Assembly (NCBI GenBank): GCA_965240325.2
Contig: OZ251227.1
Span: 1,674,001-1,738,000 of the forward strand
Length of the DNA stretch: 64,000 nucleotides
Direction of reading: 5' to 3'
Origin: Rebecca billardiae RCC1528
Lineage: Eukaryota > Protista > Haptophyta
The notes beneath the pieces were generated by a model, which was not told where the DNA came from, did not search any database, and saw only the letters and a list, made by a program, of their open reading frames with translations. Shown piece by piece: positions 1 to 11,777 of the stretch (its first letter is position 1; each line of letters begins with the position of its first letter). A program made the position numbers and the translations under genes.

Positions 1-2433
1 GCGGCGGCGCACGCTCGCGCGGCAGCCGTGCGGGCACTCGAGCAGTGCAAGAGGGCACGTGCGCAGGTGCGCGTCCATCTCCGAGCGGAAGATGTCCTTC
101 TGGCACCCGTTGGGGCAGGGCACCAGCCCGTGCGGGCACACGGGCTCGTGCTCCGCCATCGCGCGCGGGTTGAGCAGCTCGGTGCAGCCGCGCGCCTTGT
201 TGGTGCACGCGTACAGCGCCTTTTGGCCTGTTGTCCAGCGCAGCCGGCGCTCGGGGCACCACACGCCCGGGTGGAAGGCGCAGAGCTTGGCCGCGGGCAT
301 GTCGCACATCGTGCACACCGCCTCGCGCCGAACCACCGCGCCGAACTGCTCCGCGCCGCACATCTCGCACTGCTCCGCGCCCGGCCACAGCTTGAAGTCG
401 CACTGCTCGCACGGCCGCAGGCCCGGGAGCACGTGTCCGCCCTTGCGGCAGCCGGTCGGCTGGTGCCGCTCGCGCGCCTCGGCGTCGGTGTGCTCGCCGT
501 ACTGCGCCGCGGAAGGCAGCGGGCGCGGGCGCGCGCGCGCGCGCGGTGTGCGCACGTCTGAGCGATGCGCGCGCAGCTCTCGCCTCACGCGCGCAAACGG
601 CAAAGCTCGGCACGCGCGCGCTCACGCGCGCAGCGCAGCAGCGGGCGCGGGCGGTGTGGGGCGGTGTGGATGGCGCGCACATAGTCGTAGATGGTGCCCT
701 CGTACCCGGCGCTGCCGCAGCAGTCCCACTGCACGGCGCCCCACTTGGTGGTCTTCACCGCGCCCGGGTGGTATTGGCACGCGCCGAACCGCGACTGGTC
801 GTCCCGGTGCACCCACACGCCGCACTGCGTGCACTGCATCTGGCCGGTCGAGTGCTCCGTGTTTGCCTTGCAGCCGACGTGCCGCGGGTCGATCGACTTG
901 CAGCACGTGTACAAGCCCTTCACCGTGTCCGGCGCGTGCACGCTCACGTCCGTCGAGCCCCGGCGCGAGTCGACGTTGTCCGACACCCTGCGCGCACGGT
1001 GCGGCGCGGTGGGCGGCGGGCGCGAGGGGGGTCTCAGCGTGCACGCGGGAGCGAGGCGCGCGCGCGCGGGCCACAGCTGCGCACGGCGCTGCGCGGCACG
1101 GCGCGGCCACGCGCGCGCACCACTTCCGGAACGAGCCGCGCGCGGAGACGCCGTCCTCGGCGAGTGGCGCGGCCAGCGGCGGCGTGGTCGCGCGCGCCGG
1201 TCCCGTCGGCGCCGACTCGGCGCCGAGCTTGAGCGAGAGGCCGTCCCCGACACGCCCCTCCTGGTCAGCAGACACCAGCACAAACTTGCCCACGCCGCGC
1301 GAGGCTGAGCCGCGCTCGGCCTCGGCGGGCTGAAGGCGGCGCGGTGGGGGCGATGGCGACGGGGAGCGGGAGGTCCGGCGCGAGGAGAGCTTGGACGACG
1401 CGGCGGAGCGCCCCGGCGGCTCGGGCATGAGGACTGACGTGCGCCGGGACGAGAGGCTGCTCGGCGAGGCGGAGGCCAGCCCCTCGCGCGCCTCCGCCGA
1501 GCCGCGCCGGCTGCGCGGCGGCGTGGACGGCTGGCTGGGCTGGAAGCTCCGCTTGTAGCTGGCCGGGTCGCTGGCGGCCCAGACGGGGATGTAGCCGCCT
1601 CCGTCGCTGGGCGAGGCGGCGGGCTCGTTGTCCTCGTCGCGCACCGACAGCGACGACGCGTTCTCCACGCTCCCGGCGGCGGACGAGGGCCGGCCCGCCC
1701 GCAGCGCCGCGCTCGGCGAGTGCGCGCGCACGGCGCTGGTGGTGCTCGCGTTCGAGCTGCGGCGGCTGCGGTTGTTGAAGCTGCCGCCGGGGCTGCTGGC
1801 GTTCGAGACACGGCGGACGCGCTCGAGCGTGGGCCCAGCCGAGAGCCGAGCGGCGCGCTTGGACTGCGCGTCCGGCGGCGTCAGCGCGCCGCGCGGCGAG
1901 TTCGCCTCAGACCTCGGCTCCGAGCCTGGCGGCAAGATCTTGGGCGGCGACGAGAGGACGGCGAGCTTGTTGAACGGGGCGGAGCCGCGCTCCATCGACT
2001 CGGCCGAGATGGGCTTGATGGGCTTCATGAAGAGCGGCGAGGACGCGTTGTACAGCTCGGTCACCTGCATGTGCGCCGACACTTGCACAGGCGCCACCTC
2101 GTCCTTTGGCTGGACGAGCTCGAGCGCCGAGCGCGGCGTCGCGCGGCCAGAGGAGCCTTGCGGGCTGCGAGGCGAGTGCGAGATGGAAGGGCGGCGAGAC
2201 CCGCGGCCCGAGTCATTGTCCATGCGTGGGCTGCCCTTTGGCGTCGGCCCGGCGCTCGAAGGGCGGGACGCCGTCGGCTGCGCCGTGCGGAGCGCGGCGA
2301 GCGCTGGCACGCCAGCCGGCATGTTGCTGCGCTCCATGGAGCGCGAGCGAAATCGGGGTGGCGGGGTGGTCGATCCCACTGGCATAGCTGCCGGCGGAAC
2401 GGGGCCCGTGTTCGCGTAGCGTGTGGTGATCAT
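1..2433 (-). CDS. Ser/Pro-rich protein with C-terminal Cys/His zinc-binding motifs (CHORD/Btk-like and TRAF/SINA-like); 3' end runs off the window
   Basis: Exons 2433-1121, 987-681 and 501-<1 join in frame at GT..CAG introns. Motifs: YTCCKSIDPRHVGC, CQYHPG..WDCC..GCRKGGH, CEQC..CEMC, CAFHPG, YACTNKARGC..AEHEPVCPH. Confidence 0.7.
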
Positions 2434-2704
2434 GTCGCGCGCGGAGTGGACGGCGTGTTCTGCGTGCGCGCAGAATCGGTTTGCTGGCCACCGGTGATGA
2501 AAGGGTCCACTTTCTGGCCAAATTCGTCATTTCCGGGTTTATTGTCGCGGTTTAGAGCGCGTGATGATTTTTCCTGCCGTGGATCCGGCTCGGAGCGCCG
2601 GAAGCGTGCGTCCGGGAGCGGTCCTGCTGGCAAAGTGCCGCTCGGCGCTCTTGCTGATCAGCGGCCACGACGACTCATTCCCCTTCCGCCTCCGTTCCTC
2701 GGCG

Positions 2705-4771
2705 ATGCGCGAGCTCGTCACCCTCCAGTTCGGCCCGCTGGCCAACTATGCGGGCGCGCACCTATGGAACCTGCTGGATGAGTACGCGGCGAACCATGAG
2801 GACGAGGGTGATGCCGCCGCCTCCGACATCTTCTCGCGCGACGTGCTCATGCGGCGCGCATGCGTGCCAGGCCCGGGCGGCAGCATGGCGGAGCGCGAGG
2901 TGTACGTGCCCCGACTTGTGCTCGTCGACCGGCAGGGGGGCATGGGCATCATCGGCAGCCGTGGCTTCCAGTACGCAGACGCCGACCCCCTCGCCGATGT
3001 CACCCAGCTCGCCGGCACGGTGAGCACGTGGGACGGCGCGGTGCGCGTGACGGCCGCCGACCCTCTGCAGCCGCACGACTTTGTGCGGCAGATGCGCGAG
3101 CAGCGCGATTGGGGCGGGTACTACGTGGCACGCGCGAGCGCACGGCGCTCGCGAGGCCACTGGGGAGGCGACGAGGACGACGAGGACGAGGAGTGGGACG
3201 AGGACGAGGAGGAGGAGGACGAGCGCGGCGCGTACGGCCGGCAGTCGCAGCGCGCACATGCCGCGTACCACCCCGCGCATGGCGCCGCCGCCGCCGAGCC
3301 GCAGGCGCACGAGCTTGGCCAGCCGACGGCCGAGGAGGGCGCGCCCGCCGCGGAGGACGGCGTGAGCGCCTCGCACTTCCGCTTCGAGCAGACCGTCTCC
3401 CACTGGGCGGACTACCTGCAGCTGGACGTGCACCCGCGCGCGCTGCACGTCGTGCAGCACTACGAGCACGGCTACTCGCGCTTCGACGGCTTCGAGCACG
3501 GCCGGGAGCTGTTCGACGCGTCGGGCGCGGGCGGGGCGGGCGCGGCCGAGGCGACCGAGGCGCTGCTCGATCGCGTGCGCCGCGAGCTCGAGGCGTGCGA
3601 CCGGCCGCAGGGCCTGCTCGCTCTCGTGGACGTGGACGGCGCGTTCGGGGGCGTGGCGCAGGGCACGCTGCTCGCGGCGCACGATGAGCTCGGCTGCTCC
3701 GACGTGCTGTGCTTCGGGCTGCAGCGGCACAGCGGGGGCGAAGAGGAGGCGGAGGGCGAGGGCGGCGCGCTCGACGAGGGCGACGCCGAGGCGCGGCAGC
3801 AGCGCGCCACCCGGCGCGGGCACAACCACGCGCGCGCGCTGCACTGCCTCTCAGAGGTGTGCTCGCTCTATGCGCCGCTCTGCGTGCCGCCCACCGCCGG
3901 CGAGAGCGCCGACGCGGGCGGGGCGCACCCCGCGCAGGCGTTCGCGCACGTGCGCGGCGCGCTGCGCTCGCGCTACGAGGTCTCGGCGCTCATGGCCGCG
4001 GCGATCGACTGCGCCACCTCGCCAGCGCGCGCGGTGGGCTCGCCGCAGCACACCTCTCTCGCGCAGCTGTGCGCGGCCGCGCGCCCGGTGCCCGCGGCGC
4101 GCATCTCGGCGCTGTCCCTCGCGCTGCCGTGCGCGCCGGCGGAGTGCATGCCTGCCGGCGCGTGGTCGACGGGCACGCAGCTCTGCCCGCTCATCCAGGC
4201 GTCCGCGCGGCTGGTCCGGGCGCACGCGCACATCCCGCCGAGCGCGCTGTGCCTGAGCGCGCGCGGCTGCGAGGACGCGGTGCGCGCGCGAGTGAGCGTG
4301 GCGCACGGCGTGTCGGCGGCCGAGCGCGGCTGGGCGCAGTCGCGCGCCGAGGGGGCGTGGTGGGCAGCACCCGCCGCGGGCGTCACGCGCGCGCACGCGG
4401 TGCGCCTCCACCCGCCGCTCGAGCTGCCTGTCGCCTTCCCGCAGCTCTTCGCGCCGAGCGTCGACCGCCGAGGCCTCGTCCCACGGCGCGACGCAGCTCG
4501 GCCGAGCGAGGAGGAAGTGTTCGCGCTGCCTGCGCTCACGAGGCTCGAGTCGGCGGCCGTGCTGGGCCTGGGCATCCGTGACGCGGCACGCGCGCTCCGC
4601 GCCTCGACGGGCGCCGTGGCGAAGCGAGGTGGAGGCGGCGGCGGCGCGTCCTCCGCGCCGGACGAGGAGGGCGTGGCGGAGGCGGCGGAAGAGCTCGCGC
4701 AGCTCGCAGAGGACTACGCCGAGATGGCGACGGTGGGCAGCGAGGCGCTGCTCGCGCAGCTCGAGCTCTGA
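2705..4771 (+). CDS. MSTO1: Misato/DML1 tubulin-like protein
   Basis: N-terminus MRELVTLQFGPLANYAGAHLWN, YVPRLVLVDRQG, WADYLQLDVHPRA and DRVRRELEACDRPQG..DGAFGG are Misato-family signatures. Single ORF; ATG at 2705. Confidence 0.9.
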   Translation: MRELVTLQFGPLANYAGAHLWNLLDEYAANHEDEGDAAASDIFSRDVLMRRACVPGPGGSMAEREVYVPRLVLVDRQGGMGIIGSRGFQYADADPLADVTQLAGTVSTWDGAVRVTAADPLQPHDFVRQMREQRDWGGYYVARASARRSRGHWGGDEDDEDEEWDEDEEEEDERGAYGRQSQRAHAAYHPAHGAAAAEPQAHELGQPTAEEGAPAAEDGVSASHFRFEQTVSHWADYLQLDVHPRALHVVQHYEHGYSRFDGFEHGRELFDASGAGGAGAAEATEALLDRVRRELEACDRPQGLLALVDVDGAFGGVAQGTLLAAHDELGCSDVLCFGLQRHSGGEEEAEGEGGALDEGDAEARQQRATRRGHNHARALHCLSEVCSLYAPLCVPPTAGESADAGGAHPAQAFAHVRGALRSRYEVSALMAAAIDCATSPARAVGSPQHTSLAQLCAAARPVPAARISALSLALPCAPAECMPAGAWSTGTQLCPLIQASARLVRAHAHIPPSALCLSARGCEDAVRARVSVAHGVSAAERGWAQSRAEGAWWAAPAAGVTRAHAVRLHPPLELPVAFPQLFAPSVDRRGLVPRRDAARPSEEEVFALPALTRLESAAVLGLGIRDAARALRASTGAVAKRGGGGGGASSAPDEEGVAEAAEELAQLAEDYAEMATVGSEALLAQLEL

Positions 4772-5123
4772 GGGCAGAGCAGTGTGCCAGGTTGGCTGCG
4801 CGCCGGCGGGCGAGGCGCTGCGCCTGTCGCATGATCCTCCACTCGCAGCTGCGCATGCATCGATGTTACCACAGTTTACTACTACTAGTAGTAAGAATAA
4901 GAGACGCACACAGCTCAGGCGAACATTAGCAACATAATTCATTAAAAAAACCAATTCGTGCGGCCCGTCCTGGTTGCTGTTCGTTCATTCGTCAAAAGCT
5001 TAGGGCCGGCGCCGCGCGCCGCGCCGAACGTCCGTCCGCGCTGGCCCGAACGCGAGGACCGTCCAGTGCGGCGCGTCGGCCGTCCGTGAGCGTAGTTGAC
5101 GAAGAATCAGCGAGGCAGTTGGG

Positions 5124-5684
5124 ATGAGCATCGGCGCGATGACTCTCGAAGCGTTCGTGGCTGAGCTGGCGGCGAAGCAGCCCACTCCCGGTGGAGGTGC
5201 GGCTGCCGCCGTCGCCGCGGCCGTCGGTGAGTCCGCCGCGGCGATGGCAGCAGCGTACACGCAGCGCAAGAAGGATGTGGAGTCGGGGGCAGCGACAAAG
5301 GCGACCGCGCTGCAGCAGCGGTTGGTGGCAAGTGGCGCACTTGGGTTTGCGGACAAGGATGCGGCTGCCTATGCCGACCTCCAGAGGTCCTGGAAGGACG
5401 CTGACATGACACCTGAGCAGAAGTCGGCTGTGGAGGCGGCTGCGCTCGCTGTGCCCGTCGAGCTCATCGAGCTGTGCCATACGCAGATCAGCGCGATCGA
5501 GGCATTCCTTCCCGACTGCAACCCGAACATCACGAGCGACGCCAAAGTTGGCGTCCATCTGCTCGCTGGAGCGGCGCGCTCGGCGTATCAGACCGCCCTG
5601 GTCAACAAGCCGCCAGACGAGGTGGCCGCCAAGCTGAAAACGCTGCTCAGCGAGATTGGCGAGATCGAGCAGCGGCTCATGTGA
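5124..5684 (+). CDS. Stand-alone formiminotransferase-cyclodeaminase C-terminal domain (cyclodeaminase/cyclohydrolase family)
   Basis: TLEAFVAELAAKQPTPGGGAAAA, D.D..AY, A..VP and NPNITSDAKVG..L..AA..A...N motifs. Intronless, 186 aa. Confidence 0.85.
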   Translation: MSIGAMTLEAFVAELAAKQPTPGGGAAAAVAAAVGESAAAMAAAYTQRKKDVESGAATKATALQQRLVASGALGFADKDAAAYADLQRSWKDADMTPEQKSAVEAAALAVPVELIELCHTQISAIEAFLPDCNPNITSDAKVGVHLLAGAARSAYQTALVNKPPDEVAAKLKTLLSEIGEIEQRLM

Positions 5685-6283
5685 ACAGTCGGCGGTCCTG
5701 CGATGAGTACGAAAGCTCCCTGATCATGATGCCCGGGGCTGCCCCGCGCGCGCCCCTTGACGAACAGGAGCAGGTCTGCGCGGCAGGGTCCGAATGGAAC
5801 AGTTCGTCATCAGTGTCGGCGGGTTACACCGTCGCCACTTGAGTACTGTTTTGTGGCGGTGTCTTTGTGCAGTGTTGGATGGCGTCAATCACGCCTTAAC
5901 CAAGTGTGCACGTTCAATTAAACATATAGTAAACTGTAGCTCGTGCGGACTACACGACGGTCCGATTATCCTTATTATTTTTCAGTAATCAATTACTAAC
6001 TGCGGACTGTAGTGCCCGCCGTGAGATTCGGAGAACCGCCACGGAGTGAAGCCTAAGCGATCAGGCTGCGCGCCGCTCCAGGGTCACTTAGACACTTGCT
6101 TGCACTTAATTGCAGTCTTGCCTGCGCACGGCTGCCGGCGGGCGGTCGAGCGCCAGAACTCAAGAGTCTGACGCGGCAATGCCACCCGCCGCGGCACATC
6201 TGACTTGAATGGCACGGCGTTCGGCACTTGTGGCGGCCTGTCAGTCTGTTGCCGGGGACGCGCCGTCGGCGCCACACTCAGAT

Positions 6284-6757
6284 TCAATTGAGTGACTTCG
6301 ACCACTTGTCCCCAGCGCCGCCGTCGATCTTGGTCGGGCCACCATTCTTTGCTGTCTTCGTCCAGCTCGACTTGTCGTCGTAGAATTTGGCAGCGCCGCC
6401 GCCCGCCTGTGTGACATTATTCACCTTGGGCCCGCCAGCACCAGCTGCAGCCACTTTCTCGACCAGCGCGTCGGGCGACACGCCACCTGCCTCGGCGCAG
6501 TGCCCAAGTGCGATGAGAAACTGCTCAAAATTGATTCGCTTGCCGCCCCACGAAGTATCGAGCGTGCCCGCCTGCGCGCGCGCCGCCTTGGTGAATGAGA
6601 GGTCGAGCACCGTCAGCGTGATCTTCTTGTTCACGATGCCTGTGTCCTTGGCGAGCTTCACAAAGTTGCGGGAGGTCATTCCAACCTGCGGGCCACCGCC
6701 GCCTGCATCACCGCCGAACCTCGCATACGTCTCGAAGACCGGGCGGACAGCTTCCAT
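6284..6757 (-). CDS. TPPP/p25-alpha family microtubule-associated protein (short type)
   Basis: F..YARFG, MTSRNFVKLAKDTGIVNKKITLTVLDLSFTK, RINFEQFLIAL and KFYDDKSSWT...NGGPT. Confidence 0.85.
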   Translation of the reverse strand: MEAVRPVFETYARFGGDAGGGGPQVGMTSRNFVKLAKDTGIVNKKITLTVLDLSFTKAARAQAGTLDTSWGGKRINFEQFLIALGHCAEAGGVSPDALVEKVAAAGAGGPKVNNVTQAGGGAAKFYDDKSSWTKTAKNGGPTKIDGGAGDKWSKSLN

Positions 6758-6972
6758 CTGGAGCGACGGGCAGTCGTACGAGATACGATGGCCGGTCCCG
6801 CGGGCGGACGGTCTTCGAAGGGGGAGCCGCCAATGTCGTTCCGGGACGAGTGGAATTCTCGCAAGGAGACTTTAAAAAGTGGGTTATTTGTAAGACCCCT
6901 TGATTCTCGTGCCCGGCCGTCCGGGAGCTCGGACCGCGAGCGCGAGCGGCCGGAGCCAGGCCGCGGAAAATC

Positions 6973-8073
6973 ATGGGAGCGATGGCGAAAGCCCGCAGGA
7001 GTCGTCGCATGCAGTGCAAGCCCGTGCGCGCCATGGTGGCGTTGGGGCTGCTGATTGCACTGCTCCACACCGGTGGCGCCGAGCCTGCCATCGCAGATGC
7101 CTCGCCCCCGCAGCACTCGAACCCATGGCAGGCGTTCGGGATGACGATGGCCGCTGGGTCGTCGACTGGGATCGGTGCGCTGTTGGTGTGCTGCGTGACA
7201 AAGATGAACCATAAGGTGCTGGCGATGACAATGGCGTTCTCGGCGGGCGTGATGATCTACGTCTCGCTCGTCGAGGTGATACAGGTCAGCTTCGAGAAAT
7301 TCCACAAGGAGCACTCCGCGGAATACGCGTACCTCCTAGCGACCGTGTCCTTCTTTGCCGGCGGCGTGCTGATGGCCGTGACGGACGACATCGTGCACAT
7401 GATGTTCGACGTGATCATCGCCGACCGCAGGAGGAAAAAGCGGCGGTATGACGGCCGCGCCGAGCGCGTCCGCCAGCTCGAGCGCGGGCCCGTCGCGGCC
7501 GACGACCTCGCTGACGACGAGGACGACTCGGCAGACTCGGCGGACGAGGATGACGAGGCGCTGGCCATCGAGAGCGTCTTCGTCGGCCCCAAGGCGGAGG
7601 AGCGGCAGACGCTGCTGCTCACCTCGGCGCTGATCGGCATCGCGATCGCGCTGCACAACGTGCCTGAGGGCATCGCCACGTACATCGCCTCGTTCCACTC
7701 GCTGCCCGCCGGCGCGCCGCTCACCGTGGCCATCGCGGTGCACAACATCCCCGAAGGGCTGGCGGTAGCGATGCCCGTGCTGCATGGCACGGGCAGCCGC
7801 TCGACGGCCGTGTTCTGGGCTGCGCTCTCGGGGATGGCGGAGCCCCTTGGTGCGCTCATCGCCTACTTCTTCGTCAACCCGCGCTCATCCGAGTCGAGCT
7901 TCGGCGCCATGTTCGCCATCTCGGCTGGCATGATGGTGTACGTGTGCCTCTCGGAGCTGCTGCCTGCGGCATACCGCGACCACCCCAGCGCCAAGGTCGT
8001 GACGCAGTCCTTCTTCGCCGGCTGCTTCGTGATGGCGTCGTCGCTCGTGCTCGAGAGGCTCGGCGGCATCTAG
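6973..8073 (+). CDS. ZIP (ZupT/GufA-type) zinc/metal transporter
   Basis: AFSAGVMIYVSLVE, IALHNVPEG, IAVHNIPEGLAVAMP, SGMAEPLG and AGMMVYVCLSELLP. Multiple TM segments. The exact start Met is uncertain. Confidence 0.92.
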   Translation: MGAMAKARRSRRMQCKPVRAMVALGLLIALLHTGGAEPAIADASPPQHSNPWQAFGMTMAAGSSTGIGALLVCCVTKMNHKVLAMTMAFSAGVMIYVSLVEVIQVSFEKFHKEHSAEYAYLLATVSFFAGGVLMAVTDDIVHMMFDVIIADRRRKKRRYDGRAERVRQLERGPVAADDLADDEDDSADSADEDDEALAIESVFVGPKAEERQTLLLTSALIGIAIALHNVPEGIATYIASFHSLPAGAPLTVAIAVHNIPEGLAVAMPVLHGTGSRSTAVFWAALSGMAEPLGALIAYFFVNPRSSESSFGAMFAISAGMMVYVCLSELLPAAYRDHPSAKVVTQSFFAGCFVMASSLVLERLGGI

Positions 8074-8824
8074 CCCCCGCCAGAGCTCGGCTAGAGCTGC
8101 GCACAACGTCGCTCGCGCTCCGCCGAGGCTTGTCGTCACGCCAGCCGCCCGACCGGACGTCGGACGTGGTTCCCCGGCCGGCGCGGTCACAAAAATCAAA
8201 ATGCGAGAGAAAATCGATGATGAAGATGGCGGCGCGTGTTTTTTCGCGCGGTGATCGATGATGAGGTTTTCATTTTCATCAGCCAGAAATCGACGACGCG
8301 CGATTGATGCTGATGTGATATGAACCGCGTGAGCTCGGTGATGCTGCTGGTAAGTGGTATATTTACCGCGCGCGCTGCATCAAATATCAATAATCGTCGC
8401 GCGTCCGACTCGACACTCGAGTCACGGTCACTGCTAGTCAGCCGACTGAGTGAGTCAGCCGTGACTTGCAGTGCCAGTCCGACTACGACTGGGCCAGTGG
8501 CGGTCGTTATTGGCGTCGTTGCGTGCAACCATCAGTGGCATCACTCATCAGTGCGCCCGCCGCCCCATCAGTCTGATCACTCATCAGGCAGGCATCACTC
8601 GGCCGTGATCACGGCGACGAGTCAGACGGGTTATCCGCCGCAACCTCCGCGCATGATCCATATTTAGACCATATCGTCGTCGTTCCCAGTGCGCCACTGG
8701 CACTGATGAGGCACTGTGTTGTACAGCGCGCAGTGTCAGGTGACACCAGAGCAGTCACATCACGCATAACATGCGCCAGCGCATGCTGGCATCGTCAAGC
8801 TGCGGCGATTGGCTGCCGTGATCG

Positions 8825-11546
8825 TCAAGCTGCGGCCAGTGGCTGCCGGGTGCCGCGGAGCTCAGCGTCCACCTGCGCGGACGGGCGCGGTGCGCGGTGG
8901 GTGAAGGGCGGACGATGGAATGATGAGAGAGAGAGCGGCGCGCTTGGCAGCTGTCTCGCCCCGGGCGCTTGGCACGCGGTGTGCCGGGACATCGCCATCG
9001 CCAATCGTCCCGCTGACATGCCACCGTCGGACTGGCGCCGCCAGCCACGCGCGCGCACCTGCTGTCTCGCGCGCTCGAGCTCAGCCTCGAGCTCGACGGC
9101 AGCCGTCGCCTCTGCACCCAGATGGCGGCCGCCGCCCCTGTCACGCGAGCGGCTGCTGCTCCCGCGCGAGGGGACAGCGGGCGCGACGAGCGCGGCGTGC
9201 CGCGAATGCCGTTCGCGCCTCGTCTGCATGAGCTGCGCGCTCAGCTGCGCGCGCTCGGCGGAGATGGCCGAGCTCTCACGCACCGCCTCTGCAGCCTGCG
9301 CGCGGCGCGAGGCGCGCGGCGCGTGCGCGCGTGTCAGTGCGCGCGCGCGTGGGCGCGCGCAAAGGCGTGCCTCGGTGGCATGCGCGGTGTTGCGCGCGGG
9401 AGCGGCGCACCTGCGTCGTCGCATCGGCAACGCGCGCCTCGGCCGCGCGCAGCTGCTGCTGCAGCCGCGCGTTGGTCGCGTTCAGATCGCGCTCAAGCTG
9501 AGTCGCCGCCGCACCCTTTGCCTCGGCTGCGCCCAGCTGCGCGCTCAGCTCAGCCGCGCGCTGCGTGAGGCGCGCGTTCTCCGCGCGCACCTCGCCGATG
9601 AGCGAGGTGGCGCGCTCCGCCGCGCGCCGCGCCTCGAGCCGGTACTTGTCTGCGAGCGCCTCCTGCGACGCCAGCAGGCCCTCCAGCTCGCTCGTCGAGC
9701 GAGCGTGCGCCTCCTTCGCCGCCTCCAGCCGCCTGCTCGCCGCCGCGAGCGACTCCTCGTGAGCGCGCTGCGCCTCGGCGAGCTCGGCCGCCTTGGCGCG
9801 GCGCAGGCCGTCGAGCTCGCGCCGCGCGGCCGCCGCGTCGCCCTCCGCCTCCGCGACGCGCGCGGCCTCGCGCAGCCGCGCCTGCCTCGCCTCGTCCAGC
9901 TCCCGCTGCAGGTGCGCCTGGTGCCGCCGCGCCTCCGCCACCTGCGCCGTCAGCTGCTGCTTCTCCGCCTCGAGAGCCTCGTGCTTGCGCCGCGCGGCGA
10001 GCGACTCGGTGCGCGCGGCGTGCGCCTGCTCGTCGCGCTCGCGCTCGGCGCCGAGCAGCCGCGCGAGGAGGTCGTCAAGTCCGGCCGCGCCGCCCGCCGA
10101 GCCGCCCACCAGCGCGAAGCCGCCCCCGCCGCTCGACGTGGTGCCGCCGGTGGAAGCGAAGGCGGCGGCGCCGGCAGTGCCGCCTCCGCCGCCGCCGGTG
10201 CCGCCGCTCGCGGGCGCGGGCGTGAAGCTGCCCGTGAGCGTCTCGCGCCGCCGCTCGGTCTCCCGCTCGCGGCGCGAGCGCTCCAGCCGGTTGCGCAGGT
10301 CCGTGACCGCCTGCTCGAGTGTGCGCTGCTCCGTCGCCATGTGCTCGAGCTGAGCCGCCGCCTCCTTGCGCGCCGCCTCCACCGCGGCCTCTCGCTTGGC
10401 GAGCTCGTCCGCGGCGAGCGCGCGCATGCGCTCCTCGACGCCGCCCATCTGCTCGCGCGCTGCGCGCTCGCCCTCGCGCAGCTGCTCCCGCTCGAGCGCG
10501 AGCTCGTCCAGCCGCGCGCGCGCCTCGGCGAACCGCTGGCTGACGCTGCCCTCGCGCACCTCCAGCTCGCGCGCGTGGCCCTCGAGCTCGCGGCAAGACT
10601 CGCCGAGCGCGCGCAGCTCGACGCGCGCGGCGGCGAGCTCCTCGGAGAGCGAGCGCTCGCGCGCGGCGGCGGCGTCGATCTCGGCCTGCATCTCCGAGAG
10701 CTGCCGCCCCGCCACGCTCTCCGTGCCGCGCAGACGCCCCAGCTCGGACGAGAGCGCGTCGCGGTCCGCGTGCGCGCGCGAGTTCAGCTCCGTGATCACG
10801 CGCTGATGCTCGACGAGCGACGCTGCGGCGGTGTCGCGCTCGAGGCGGGCCTGCCGCGCGGCGTCGGTGGCCTGCACCGCGCTGCTCTGCGCCTGCGCCA
10901 GCTCCGCGTTCGCCAGCCGCAGCTGCTCCTCCAGCGACGCGCGCTCCATCTCGGTCTCGTCGAGCCGAAGGGCGAGGTCCCGCTGGTCGGCGCGGATCGC
11001 GTCGAGCTGGCGGCGCAGCGTGAGCTGGTCGGTGGAGGCGTGGGCCTTCTCGCGCGTGAGGCGCTGGAGCTCGGCCGACGCCTCGCGCTGCTGGTCCGTG
11101 AGCACGTCGTTCTCCGCCATCAGCAGGTCGAGGCGCTGCTGCAGCTCCTGCGCCTCCTCCATCGTGATCCGCTTGGCCCGCGCTCCGCCCGCGCCGAGCT
11201 CGAGCTCGAGGGCGGCGGCGCCGCCGTCGTTGCCGCGCAGGCTCTGCTTGTACTCGGTGCGTAGCCGCTCGTTCTCCGCGATGAGCCGCTGCAGCTCGGG
11301 CTGGAAGCGCGCGTTGTCCTCGCGCAGCCGCTCGCACGTCGACTCGAGCTCGGCGATCCGTCGGTCGTACGCTTCCATCAGCGGCGAGATGTGGTCGGGG
11401 CTGGACATCCAGGGGGGCAGGTGGCCGACACCGACGTACTCGGGGATGGACGACGGGCCGACATGGTGGCGCCCGAGCTCGAGGCTCAGCCGGCGCACCT
11501 GGTCGCGCAAGAACTCATTCTCCTCGCGCAGCGTTGCCCCCGCCAT
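8825..11546 (-). CDS. CEP89: CEP89/CCDC123-like centriolar coiled-coil protein
   Basis: LPPWMSSPDHISPLMEAYDRRI resembles the conserved CEP89 PPW....SPL..AY motif, followed by a long coiled coil. Exons 11546-9411, 9295-9059 and 8872-8825 splice in frame. Confidence 0.65.
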
Positions 11547-11777
11547 CGTTCAAACACTGCTCAATGTTCGGGGGCGTATTTTAGCGCCAAACGGCCGGCG
11601 AATGAAAACAAATCTGGCAGAGAAAAGATGCCGAAGGCGCACGATGGCGGCGTGTGATTTACCATCAAACACGACGGCAAGATGCAAGATACTTGGCTGG
11701 AACAAGCCACGGGCCCGTGGGCTGGCTCAGCGTGGCGCTATCCCTGCACGCGCGCGTGTGCCCGGCCGCTCTGGGCG

